A stretch of 64,000 nt of DNA, taken from NCBI GenBank assembly GCA_918797485.1, contig CAKKNE010000005.1:558001-622000 (forward strand), written 5' to 3'. The translations under genes were made by a program, and so were the position numbers. Positions 52,774-62,745 of the stretch are shown here, piece after piece. The stretch comes from Pelagomonas calceolata. Taxonomy: Eukaryota. Within the stretch, counting starts at the first letter, position 1; the number at the start of each line of letters is the position of its first letter. The notes under the pieces are model-generated. The model was not told where the DNA came from and made no database searches. It saw only the letters and a list, made by a program, of their open reading frames with translations.

Positions 52774-55380
52774 TTAAAACTCGTGCTTGTGGTGCGACTT
52801 TGAGGGAGGCGGCTTGCGCAGGTGGACGATCTTCGCGCGGCGACCCGTCGCGTAGGGGCCGTTAATTATCAAGTTCGGCAGCAGCGTTAATGATCGGCCT
52901 TTTGAGGCCAGGCACTTGTTGAGGAGGACGTGCTCGCAGTCCCAGATGCCATCTGTCACAGAAAAATCGTACGCGCAGCCGTCGTCGCGGAAAATTGCGG
53001 AATCGTAGATAGCTAGACCACCAAAGCACGACGCGACGCGCCGCCCGCCGCTATCATACAGACGGTCGGCTTCGGAGGAAGGGCTCTCCGACGGCGCGAG
53101 CTCGATACCGCCCGAGGGCTGGTCCTCGAAATCGGACCACCGTAACGCGAGCAAGTCGCGGTGGATGAATCGATCCTGTTGCGCCTGCGCAATGATGCCG
53201 TTGCCGCAGACGGCGTCGTAGCGCCCGTCGATGACTGCCGCTATAGCGTTAATGATGTGGGACGAGGCCCAGCCACTCCCCTGGTCGGCGTCGTAAACGA
53301 CGAGAGCATCCACAACTGATTGTTTGAGGATGTAGGACGTCAAATGGTTCCGCAACAAGGCCATCCGCATGTACCGCTTCTGGCGCAGGGCCTCGTCCCT
53401 CCTGAGAGCGTAGGCTCCTTTCATGGACTCGTCCCACGCCCACTTATCTGAAGACGGAGGCGGCGGCACCGCTTCCACATATGTTTTGGCATCGATCCAC
53501 CGCTCCAGCACTTGGGGCGTGCAGTCGGAGGACCCGTCCTCGAGGATATATACTTTGAATTCCAAATCAACAGCTTGTGCGATCAGCGCGTCGACCATCC
53601 TGGTGTTGCACGTGAACGCCGCGCACGCGTCGCGCACCAACGCCGCTAATGCCACGTTTTTTGAGGCTGAGTTTTTTTCTCTTTCTAGTCGTGTGACGGG
53701 AGAGACGTAATCGGCGGCATGCTGCAGCATGAGGTAGTCTTCTCTTGTCTTCGGGTGTGTTGATGCATAAGTACCTTTCATCCACCAGGCCCTCCGGTTC
53801 TTCTGCACCTTCTCGCTCAGGTTGTCGCAGGTCGGCGACACGGCCTCGCCACTTTTATCTTTTGCTACTTTGTCCCAGGCTTGGAGGAACCACTGATACA
53901 TCGGTTCCACTAATTCGAGTGACGCCGTGACGAACGTCGCCAGAGGTTGTTTCGGGTAGCCCAAGCTTTTCATTGTTTGTCCATTAATTTGCAAGATGGC
54001 TTCCAATGCTTCCCGACTACCAGCGAGACCAAACAGCCAGCCGGCGCCCCGCTCCAGACTGTCTTTATCTTGTGGCCCGAGGCCGCCCGACAGCGTCATG
54101 TCCACTTGCATGTCACGAGAACAGGCCCTGGACGACTTCGACGCATCATATCTCAAACCTAGCCTCCAAGCCAACGCTTGCACCGCACGAACGCAGCTTC
54201 TCGTAACATCTTCATTTCTCACGATGACGATGCGACGGTCTTTTGCCATCTCGAGCCACTTCGTGTACGTCGCGTCCCAGAGCTGAGCGTAGTAACCCGG
54301 CGCGTGCCACACAGCTTTCGCTCTAGTGCCTCTCATGCTCAGAGGACAATCGGGGCAGTGCCGATGGAGCGAGTCCAGCCAGGCGCCGGGGTGCCTCACT
54401 CCTATGATGTAGGCTCGCACTTGGACTTGTACGGAACAAAGCGCGCCCTTACGAAAGCAGGCCTCGGCCTTGATTAATGAGTCCAGATCGCGAGCACTCC
54501 GCGCGTAGAAGGCCTCCCTATCATCTCCGACGTTCGCCGGTCTACTGGAAGCGCCATAGCCACTCCTTTCCTCCAACGGCGTCATTTCTTTGTGGGCGAG
54601 GTGCGGTGTTGTGCTATGAGGAGAGGCATATAAAACATGAGTTGAGTTCAGGCGAGAAACGTGCGTCGGTCTAAAATGCTTCCATCTTGGATCATTGAAT
54701 CGTGTTGGCGATAACCTAGGAGCCCGCCTCGCGTAGTACTCGTCGTCGCGCTCGCCATTATACACTTCCGTGCCGAGGTGCGCACTGACCAGTCCCGTGA
54801 GCGCGTTCGTTCCGGATCTCTGTAGACCGTAGAGCACGAGCGGCCCGCCCGTCTTCTCATATATCATGGGAGAGCCCCGGTCGAACCAGCCGCCACCGGT
54901 CCTGCGGCCCATTCCTGTGACGTAATTCTCCTCCAAAGCTTCGGCGAAGGCGGCCCGTCTGATCTGCAGCGCCAAAGATGACGCGTTCCGTATGGGATGC
55001 GGAGGTAACGGTGCTCCCGCCCCCCACAGGTCGCCGCCCCACAGCACAAGGGATAATCTACGACGATCTTCAATGACGGGCGCGACGAGCTGCCGCGCCG
55101 TCGCCCGCCACAGCGTCGCGCGGCACCGGTCGAGGCACATGGCCCCCCAGGCCTTCAGGCCCGGCCGCTCCCCGGTCCCGCAGTGCTCCTCGACGCACTT
55201 CCGCGCTTTTTCTTGGACGTTTAACCTCTTCGCGCAGTCGTCGCTCGGCCAGCATTTTTTGTGTTGTCCACTACCCTCGCAGGTCACGGCTGCCTTTCCT
55301 CCCTTGCGCTGGCAGAAGGCGGCGTCGAGAATTGGTAACGTGGCGAGCAGCGCGACGCATTGGCACAGGCGGCGCGTCAT
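52774..55380 (-). CDS. Secretory-pathway sulfotransferase-like + CAP59-like glycosyltransferase fusion
   Basis: Signal peptide; YGLQRSGTN, VRHPGAWLDS, VRNEDV; ILEDGSSD.T, MALLRN, VASCFGGLAIY, DCEHV. Confidence 0.7.
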   Translation of the reverse strand: MTRRLCQCVALLATLPILDAAFCQRKGGKAAVTCEGSGQHKKCWPSDDCAKRLNVQEKARKCVEEHCGTGERPGLKAWGAMCLDRCRATLWRATARQLVAPVIEDRRRLSLVLWGGDLWGAGAPLPPHPIRNASSLALQIRRAAFAEALEENYVTGMGRRTGGGWFDRGSPMIYEKTGGPLVLYGLQRSGTNALTGLVSAHLGTEVYNGERDDEYYARRAPRLSPTRFNDPRWKHFRPTHVSRLNSTHVLYASPHSTTPHLAHKEMTPLEERSGYGASSRPANVGDDREAFYARSARDLDSLIKAEACFRKGALCSVQVQVRAYIIGVRHPGAWLDSLHRHCPDCPLSMRGTRAKAVWHAPGYYAQLWDATYTKWLEMAKDRRIVIVRNEDVTRSCVRAVQALAWRLGLRYDASKSSRACSRDMQVDMTLSGGLGPQDKDSLERGAGWLFGLAGSREALEAILQINGQTMKSLGYPKQPLATFVTASLELVEPMYQWFLQAWDKVAKDKSGEAVSPTCDNLSEKVQKNRRAWWMKGTYASTHPKTREDYLMLQHAADYVSPVTRLEREKNSASKNVALAALVRDACAAFTCNTRMVDALIAQAVDLEFKVYILEDGSSDCTPQVLERWIDAKTYVEAVPPPPSSDKWAWDESMKGAYALRRDEALRQKRYMRMALLRNHLTSYILKQSVVDALVVYDADQGSGWASSHIINAIAAVIDGRYDAVCGNGIIAQAQQDRFIHRDLLALRWSDFEDQPSGGIELAPSESPSSEADRLYDSGGRRVASCFGGLAIYDSAIFRDDGCAYDFSVTDGIWDCEHVLLNKCLASKGRSLTLLPNLIINGPYATGRRAKIVHLRKPPPSKSHHKHEF

Positions 55381-55537
55381 TCTCCTCTTGGTGGCCCGCG
55401 GCGACGGCGTGCGAGGAAACACGTCACTGCATTGGTGCGCTACGCCCGCGTGGGGGCGGTTCCATTACGCCATCGATGCGGTCGAGGCGCAGGCTGCCCG
55501 GGCAGCATCGATGATGATCATCAGCTCGATTTGCTGG

Positions 55538-55558
55538 CTAGTGCCTTACGGACGCTAG
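55538..55558 (+). promoter_or_regulatory. Conserved CTAG promoter motif
   Basis: ctagtgccttacggacgctag between divergent genes. Confidence 0.65.
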
Positions 55559-55785
55559 CTAATCTGCCCTGCGCAAATTCCCCCAGCTCCAGCTCTGCAG
55601 CGGCTCATCCGCGGCGCAAAACGTGCGAATTGCCAAGCCTACCTGAGCAGCGCTCCGAGCGGCGCGCAGCGTGACGCGTGGCCTACCTTCGGGCCCAGCC
55701 AGAGACACCACACGAAGCACAGAGGTTCGGGACGCGCGACAGCGCCGGGGTCAACCTACGAATACCCAACAGCGCCTCCAGCACC

Positions 55786-58071
55786 ATGGCCGCGCCGCCC
55801 TCCTACGAGGAACACCTCACGCGACGCTGGGCGCTCGAGGCCTGCGCCGACGACCCGGCGATGCAGGCGGCCTTCCGCGCGGCCGGCGCGCGCGACGGCT
55901 GGGTCGCCGGGTTATCGGTACGGGCCTACTGCGAAAGGGAAGGTCTCATGCAGACCGCCACCTCCCAAAGGGGTGTCCCGAAGCAGGCCCTCGCGAGGGC
56001 CTGGGCTTTAGCGGATGCGAATAGGGACGCGCGCGGGCTGCGCTTCGAAGAATTTTGCGTCTTCATGCACCTGCTGGCCGTCGTTTCGGCCGGTGGTGAG
56101 CTGCCCCGGTCCCTACCGAGCGACCTGGCGCCGCCGCCCCCGAAGCCGCCGACGCCGACGGGCGACGAGGCCTTAGCGCGGTCCCTCCAGCGGTCTTTTG
56201 ACGACGAACGACCGCCGACGCTCCAGCCCGTGACGCTGCCGGAACAGCGACCAACGCTCCAGGCCGTGACCCTGCCGGACGGTTCGTCCCTAGCACCGGC
56301 GCAGCTGCGGAGTCTGCTACTGAGCCAAGGTGGCGTCCTCGAGATCGGCCGCGTCCTCTACGCGTGCGACGAGGCTCTCGAGAACGAGCGGTGGCGGGCC
56401 GGGGGCGCGGGCTTCAGTGCACAACACCTCCTCGAAAACGAAGGAGCGTGGAGCAGCGAGGACGGCTCGTTAGTCGGTCCGGACCGCGATTCGATCGCAC
56501 CCCCTCGCGATGCAACAGTGTGGTCCCTCGAGGCGCCGTGGCACGCCCACGTCGACGTGCGAAGTGGCGCGACGGACAGACGGGGCTGGGCTTATTGTAG
56601 GAGCCTCCCCAATGGCTCTGAAGAGACGTCAGAAGGTTCGTCGGGCACGCCCTTCGCCGGCGCCGTGGCGAGAAGAAGACGGTGGCTCCGCGTCTATTCG
56701 CGGGATCTGGCGCCGCCGCGCATCACGGTGCATGCGGTACCGGTCCCGTCGCCCGCCAAGCGGCCTACACCACCATTTCTACTGCGGCTGCAGGACGGCT
56801 GGCGGAGCGGCTTGGACGAAGTGCAGCGGAGATTAAGCAGAGAGAAGACGACGGCTCCAGAACCGCCGTCCGACGTTCCCTTCGCCGAGCGCTGGGCCAA
56901 GGCTACGCGGTGCAAGGCCTCGCTCGACGCCTTTGTCAGGAACTTCGGCAAGCACGAGACGGCCACGACGTCGGACGACGCGCGCGCGGCGCGCGTCAAG
57001 CGGTTCCTGGCCCACGCCGAACGCTTGTTACGAGCTCAGCCGGGCTGGGCGACGCAAGATCCCGAAATTTTTGAAGTGGAGACGCTGGATAGGGTCGTCT
57101 CCAAACTATTCCGTAAATTAGAAGAAGCGGGCTTTCGCCTCATCACGGAGTGCGACGCCGATGATTCAATTTTTGAAAAGCGCGTCGACGCGCTGGCTTT
57201 TTTGACCTGTATTGAAATAGACGCGCCGGACGTCGAGGCGCTGGCGCCGTTCTCGGACGCGCTCATAGCGTTAAAAGAAGTGCCTCTGGCGGAGACGCCG
57301 CTGCGAGCGGTCTCCAAGATCCGCGAGGCCGTCGATGCGTTGTTTGCTTGTCTGAGATTGCTCAACGACGGCAAGGGCAAGCCGCCGTCGACGGACGACT
57401 TGTTACCTCTGGTCATTCTGGCGACGTTACGAGCGAGACCCCAGAAGCTGCCGTCTTCCCTTAGAAGAATAGAGTACTACGTCGGCGACCATAGGATGCG
57501 CGGCGAGGCCGGGTTTTTACTGACGCAGCTCTCGGCCGCGGCGGCGTTCCTGGCGTCGTGTGACGCGTCGCAGCTGAAGGGTGTGAATGAGGAGGTTTTT
57601 GCGAAGGCGGTCGGCGTCGAGGCGACGCCAGAGCCGGCGGCCTCGCCGCCGCCGACGCCCGAGGACCCGCGCTGGCCTCGAGCGCCGGCGACGCCCGCCC
57701 GGACCGAGGAGGTCGCCTCGGACGTGGCCGAGCTGCGCCTCTCGGAGACGTCGGCGGCGCTGCGGACGGAGTTCAGCTTTGCGCCTGCCGCGGAGCCGAC
57801 GGCCGAGCCTCCTTCGGCGCCTGCTGCGGCGCCCCCAGCGCCGGCGGACCAGCCACCCGAACCTCCGGCATCTCCGAAGCGGAGCTACGAGGAGGTCAAC
57901 GGCCCGATGCCGACGGGCCCGGTCATCGACGCAAACGGGCTGGCCCAGCAGGTCCGCGAGGAACCCGACGAGCCGCTCCGGGGCAGCCTCTTGGACCCCG
58001 AGAGTCTGCGGGAACTCGCCGAGGGGCTCGCGGCGCCCGACGAGGCGCCTCCCAGTGTTGTTAACAATTAA
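55786..58071 (+). CDS. EH + dysferlin-like + VPS9 domain protein (Rab5-type GEF)
   Basis: LARAWALADANRD..L.FEEFCVFMHL; TDRRGWAY..ARRRRWLR; STDDLLP, GEAGFLLTQL. Confidence 0.85.
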   Translation: MAAPPSYEEHLTRRWALEACADDPAMQAAFRAAGARDGWVAGLSVRAYCEREGLMQTATSQRGVPKQALARAWALADANRDARGLRFEEFCVFMHLLAVVSAGGELPRSLPSDLAPPPPKPPTPTGDEALARSLQRSFDDERPPTLQPVTLPEQRPTLQAVTLPDGSSLAPAQLRSLLLSQGGVLEIGRVLYACDEALENERWRAGGAGFSAQHLLENEGAWSSEDGSLVGPDRDSIAPPRDATVWSLEAPWHAHVDVRSGATDRRGWAYCRSLPNGSEETSEGSSGTPFAGAVARRRRWLRVYSRDLAPPRITVHAVPVPSPAKRPTPPFLLRLQDGWRSGLDEVQRRLSREKTTAPEPPSDVPFAERWAKATRCKASLDAFVRNFGKHETATTSDDARAARVKRFLAHAERLLRAQPGWATQDPEIFEVETLDRVVSKLFRKLEEAGFRLITECDADDSIFEKRVDALAFLTCIEIDAPDVEALAPFSDALIALKEVPLAETPLRAVSKIREAVDALFACLRLLNDGKGKPPSTDDLLPLVILATLRARPQKLPSSLRRIEYYVGDHRMRGEAGFLLTQLSAAAAFLASCDASQLKGVNEEVFAKAVGVEATPEPAASPPPTPEDPRWPRAPATPARTEEVASDVAELRLSETSAALRTEFSFAPAAEPTAEPPSAPAAAPPAPADQPPEPPASPKRSYEEVNGPMPTGPVIDANGLAQQVREEPDEPLRGSLLDPESLRELAEGLAAPDEAPPSVVNN

Positions 58072-59594
58072 ATTAGTTCATGGAACCGGTTCTGGAGCCA
58101 CTGGTCGCCGAACCGCGCCCGATGTTTCTCTTCGACGACCGTGCGATCCTCGAGCAGCGCCTGGCGCACGACAGGTAGCGTAGGATACCGCTTCTCGCCC
58201 GACGGCTCAGGTTTAAAACCCTCCATGGCCACGAGCGCGCGGTACTCCGTCTCCATGGGCCCGCCATTTAAATCCAACTCCTGCCGCGATTCGGCCATGA
58301 GCGCCCCCGCGTACTTCTCGAGCAACCGCTCGTGGTTCGTCAGGTGGAACTCCGCGAGCTCGGAGTACTCCTGCCTCGCTCTTATTTTCATGTCTATCGT
58401 GGGTTCCTCCGTCTTTTCTATCCCATGAGCGTAGCGATGGCGTTTTTCTACCGAAAGCTGGGCGAGCGTCGCGCCGGCCCTGGCCAGTTGCATGTCCAGA
58501 AACGCATTTCTAGCGGCTGTCTCTTTCTGGCGCTTGAGCTTCGCTTCCCGCGCGACCCTCGCGGCGCGCTTGCGCCTTGCATGAAGGGAAACGTGCTCCT
58601 CGTCTTCAGTAGGTTTCTCCGCTCGCACGGGCCGTTGCATTTCATGAGGCGTCGCAAGAAATAAACCGCTCCGCGTCCTTTCGGGCGTCGCCGCGAGCAC
58701 GGCGCGCCGCTCGGCCTCGGCGGTGATCGCGCGCGGGTCCTTTCCGGGCGACGCTCGCACGGACTTCCGGGGCACCATGCCACCCCGTTTCTGAGGGGCG
58801 GGCGCCATCCTTACTAGCTCGGGCGGCGGCGGCGCCTCGTCGAGCGGCGAGAAGACGCCGGCCAAAAGCTCGGCCGTCGGCGTCGATTGCGGTCCACGTT
58901 CGAAGGCCGAGGCCTCGCTCGCCTCGCGCCGCAGCGACGGCGTGTAGGGTGGGCTTTCTAGCTGCGGCGCGGGCGCGGGCGCTTGTACAACGCCGGGGCC
59001 GACGCCCAGGGCCGGCCCGTCGCCGTCGCTGTCGTCGCCGAGCACCTCCTCGCGGTAGCGCGCGTAGTCGGCCGGCAGCGGCGCCTCCGCGACGGGCCGC
59101 CGCCGCCGCCGCGGCCGCGCCGGCCGCGACGGCGACACTACGGGCCGCGCGTCCCGATCTAGTCTATCAGGCAAAACATCGCGGCCGCCGCCGGCACGCG
59201 GGATCTGCGGCCGCTCCATGGCGGGTGACGGCCGCGACCGCCCGATGAACTTGACCAGCTCCGCGTTCTCTCTTTCAATTTCGCGGAGGCGCGCGGCCGG
59301 CGTCTCCTCAGAGGGAATCCAGCCCGCGATCTGCGGCGACTTGAGACGCGTACCGTGGCCGGCAGACACGCCCGTGAGGCCCGGGCCCGGCCAGGTCACG
59401 GTGTGCTCGCGGCGCTGGCGGAGCGCGCGCGGCCGCTCCGGCTCAGCATTCTTTGGCGCGCGGTAGCGGTACTGGATCAGGGGCGGGATCTTGCGCTGCG
59501 GTCTCGGCGGTGGCGTGGCCCGGCGGGCGGCCGGTGCGTCCTCGAAGGAGAAGATGGGCAGCCCATCGGGGCCGCGTTTGATGGTGAGGCCCAT
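58068..59594 (-). CDS. Hypothetical protein (disordered N-terminus, coiled-coil C-terminus)
   Basis: Long ORF; its stop overlaps the VPS9 stop (TTAA). Confidence 0.6.
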   Translation of the reverse strand: MGLTIKRGPDGLPIFSFEDAPAARRATPPPRPQRKIPPLIQYRYRAPKNAEPERPRALRQRREHTVTWPGPGLTGVSAGHGTRLKSPQIAGWIPSEETPAARLREIERENAELVKFIGRSRPSPAMERPQIPRAGGGRDVLPDRLDRDARPVVSPSRPARPRRRRRPVAEAPLPADYARYREEVLGDDSDGDGPALGVGPGVVQAPAPAPQLESPPYTPSLRREASEASAFERGPQSTPTAELLAGVFSPLDEAPPPPELVRMAPAPQKRGGMVPRKSVRASPGKDPRAITAEAERRAVLAATPERTRSGLFLATPHEMQRPVRAEKPTEDEEHVSLHARRKRAARVAREAKLKRQKETAARNAFLDMQLARAGATLAQLSVEKRHRYAHGIEKTEEPTIDMKIRARQEYSELAEFHLTNHERLLEKYAGALMAESRQELDLNGGPMETEYRALVAMEGFKPEPSGEKRYPTLPVVRQALLEDRTVVEEKHRARFGDQWLQNRFHELI

Positions 59595-59994
59595 GGTGTC
59601 GGTGCGTCGACGACAGCGTCGCGACCGCCCCTCGACCGAATGCTTGTCTGCCAAAGCCTGGCGTTGGCGGCTGCCCCACCGCGACGCACGCTGCCTCTTG
59701 AGACAGGCCCACCTCGCGGCTGCCGGACGGCGAATCGATGCGTCGCCGGGCTGCCGACCGCGTGCCCCCGACGCTTGGCCGGCAGCAATTTGACTGCTTG
59801 CTGGCTCTGCTGTGGGCGTCCGCGGCGGCTAGTGGCGGCCGCGTGTACTAGTCGTGCCAGCGCTGCGAGCACTGGCTCTCGAACGGACGGCGTGGGTTTG
59901 CCGTCCGCTCGACGCGGCGACGCGACCTGCAATTGATGCATCGAGAGGCTGGGATTTGCGGCTGTGCAATCGCATCGCTGCAGTAAACACAACC

Positions 59995-61155
59995 ATGATG
60001 CGACGAATAGTCACAGCGCTCGCACTCGCAAGCGCTGCCGCGCTCTCGACGACGACGGCACCGCGGCCCACGGTAGCTACAAATGCAGCGCCCGGAGACC
60101 ACGACGTCTTGCTACGAGCGGCGCGCGGCGAGAAGACCGAAAGAACCCCAGTATGGCTCATGCGCCAGGCGGGGAGGTACATGGCCGACTTCCGGAAGTA
60201 CAGCGATAAAATTCCGTTCCGACAGCGGAGCGAAAATCCCGAGATCGCGACCGAATTATCCTTGCAGTGCTGGCGCGCGTTCGGGGTCGACGGCGTCATC
60301 ATGTTCTCGGACATTCTGACGATTCTACCAGCTCTCGGCATCGAGTTCGACGTCGTCAAGGGCAAGGGCCCGCAGATCGAGGACACCCCGAGAAGCGCCG
60401 AGCGCGTGGCCCGGTTCGAGGCCGACGCGAAGAAGTTCGATCCCACATCCCAATTGCCCTTCGTCGCCCAAACTTTGAAGAACTTGCGGAAGGAGACGGA
60501 GGGCAAGACGACGCTAGTAGGTTTCGTGGGAGCGCCGTGGACACTCTGCGCCTACGCGTGCGAAGGCGGCTCGACGCGCCACTGCCTCAACATCAAGGAG
60601 ATGATGCGCGACGACGCGGCGACGGCGCATCGCTATTTAGATGCGATGGCGGACAGTGTCGCGGAGTACGCGTGCTATCAGATCGAAAATGGCGCGCAGA
60701 TGGTCCAGGTCTTCGAGAGCTGGGCGCACCAGCTGACGCCGGCCTACTTCGAGGCGTTCGCCAAGCCGTATGCTTTGCGGGTCGCGGCGTTGGTGCGAGA
60801 GCGCCATCCGGAGGCGCCCGTGCTCTTTTTTGCGAACGGCGGTTCGAGCTACCTAGCTTCCCAGAAGGACATGGTCTCCGACTCGCACTACCACTGTCTC
60901 TCGCTGGACTGGGCCGTGGATATCGGTGAGGCTCGGAAGCAGCTCGGTGATGACGTGCCAGTTCAGGGGAATATTGATCCCTCATTACTACTGGGCTCGA
61001 CGGAGGAAGTCGAGAAGGCCGTCAAAGCATGCATCGAGGGCGCCGGCGGGCCGGGCGCGCACGTCCTGAACCTCGGGCATGGGGTCTTGCAGCCGACGCC
61101 GGAGGGGAACGTCCAGGCGTTCGTCGACGCCGCGCGGAAGTGGGGGACGAAGTAG
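59995..61155 (+). CDS. hemE: Uroporphyrinogen decarboxylase, plastid-targeted
   Basis: PVWLMRQAGRY, FSDIL, GFVGAPWTL, VQGNIDP, NLGHG. Confidence 0.95.
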   Translation: MMRRIVTALALASAAALSTTTAPRPTVATNAAPGDHDVLLRAARGEKTERTPVWLMRQAGRYMADFRKYSDKIPFRQRSENPEIATELSLQCWRAFGVDGVIMFSDILTILPALGIEFDVVKGKGPQIEDTPRSAERVARFEADAKKFDPTSQLPFVAQTLKNLRKETEGKTTLVGFVGAPWTLCAYACEGGSTRHCLNIKEMMRDDAATAHRYLDAMADSVAEYACYQIENGAQMVQVFESWAHQLTPAYFEAFAKPYALRVAALVRERHPEAPVLFFANGGSSYLASQKDMVSDSHYHCLSLDWAVDIGEARKQLGDDVPVQGNIDPSLLLGSTEEVEKAVKACIEGAGGPGAHVLNLGHGVLQPTPEGNVQAFVDAARKWGTK

Positions 61156-61522
61156 TGGGTTTCGCGAGGGTAAGGCCGTGGCTCTCGTAGTGTATGTACT
61201 GGATGTCCCGCGCGCGGCGGGTGTGGGCGCGCGGCGTGTGTGCGAAGAACGCCCGCCGCGTCGGCCACGCGGCGGGACTTACGAGGAGCCCTGCCCGTCG
61301 ACGCCCATCGGCCGTCGACGCGCCCGTCGCTCGACGCTCACGTGCTTACATACTAGCCTTTCACTTCAGACAAGGCTGGTGTGCGGGCCCATAAACGCGC
61401 TGGATTAGGCGCCGAGTACGACGGGCACGCGCCCCGAAACTCTGCAAAGACAGGCTGCTTCAGTGCTCAATAGATTGATCGCAGCCCCGCCGGCTGCCCA
61501 CCCCCTACAAGCCAGAACAAGT

Positions 61523-62566
61523 ATGGGCCGCGAGGGGAGCCCAACCAGCGTCGCCCGCGACGACATGGAGACGGCGACGCCGAGCAAAGACAACGACGTG
61601 AACCCCCTGCACATCCACGTGGGCGACGAAGATGAGGTAAGACTCTACTGGCGGAAGCGGCAAATTCGCCAGAAGTACTGCTCGTTACTGTGCATGCTGC
61701 TGTTCGGCTTTTTTATTGGATTCGGCACGGGCGCGGGCATCTTCATCCAGAAGGACTGGGGGTCCAACGACGACGACGACAGTTCCCCGACCACGCCGGA
61801 CACGATTCTCGTGGCCGACTTCATCGACGGGAAGCCCTGGGAGCAGACGAACGACCCGGTCATGGGCGGCCAGTCGACGGGCGCGTTCACCGTGTCCGCC
61901 GACGGCGTGGGCTTACTGGAAGGAAGCGTCAAAATCGTCAAGTTCCTGACCAAATGTAGTGGAGGAGCCCAGGACGGCGAGCAGTGCGCCGACGATGCGA
62001 CCGACGACACCGACGATGCGACGTGCCCGGGCGGCGTCTGCGTCCGCGCGCCGGGCTTCATCAAGGCCGAGAAAGCGGGCACGTTCCCCGACATCTCCGC
62101 GTGCAGCGCCTTTGTGATTTCCTGCAAGCATTATACTGGTGATCCAATGGGCGATTACACCGGCTATAGAATAGGCTTCGGGACGCAGCGCGCCCCCGAG
62201 GACCTGGAGCCGCACCGCTGGTCGTCGGGCTTCAAGGCGCCCTTCCAGGCGGGCATGGTGTTGACCGATGTGGAAATCCCCTTCACGGCGTTCAGCGACG
62301 ACTGGGACGACGCCACGGGGGAAATCATCGTCTCGTGCGCGGACGACCAGCGCGTGTGCCCGCACGCGTCAAATCTCCAGGACCTCCAGAAGCTGAGCAT
62401 CTGGGGAGAGGGCGTCGAGGGCAACGTACATCTGGAAATCCACTCGATCAAGGCGATCAACTGCGCCGGGGGCGCGCACACCGCGGCGACGGGGTCGTGG
62501 TCGCATGCCGCGGCTACCGCTGCATCCGATGAATCCGAGGACGGCGGCGAGCCCGACGACGACTAG
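61523..62566 (+). CDS. Type II membrane protein with a CIA30-like carbohydrate-binding domain
   Basis: TM helix; NDPVMGGQSTG, APGF, VEIPFTAFS, LEIHSIKA. Confidence 0.75.
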   Translation: MGREGSPTSVARDDMETATPSKDNDVNPLHIHVGDEDEVRLYWRKRQIRQKYCSLLCMLLFGFFIGFGTGAGIFIQKDWGSNDDDDSSPTTPDTILVADFIDGKPWEQTNDPVMGGQSTGAFTVSADGVGLLEGSVKIVKFLTKCSGGAQDGEQCADDATDDTDDATCPGGVCVRAPGFIKAEKAGTFPDISACSAFVISCKHYTGDPMGDYTGYRIGFGTQRAPEDLEPHRWSSGFKAPFQAGMVLTDVEIPFTAFSDDWDDATGEIIVSCADDQRVCPHASNLQDLQKLSIWGEGVEGNVHLEIHSIKAINCAGGAHTAATGSWSHAAATAASDESEDGGEPDDD

Positions 62567-62745
62567 AATTCTCCGGTCCGCGCCTGTCGTGTAGCGCGGG
62601 AACCACATCGACCGAAGCCTACCCACTTGTAAAATACTACATTTCTCGTCTAGTACATTTCTCGAGTCCGTCCGAACCGTGACACTCCTAACACAGCGAA
62701 AACTTACGGGGGAGGGGTTGGAGGGGGAGGGATGAAGAAGACTGC

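Noticed and set aside
59829..59851. ctagtggcggccgcgtgtactag as another promoter-motif copy
   Set aside because: The CTAG spacing is similar, but the CTTAC and CGCTAG cores are absent.
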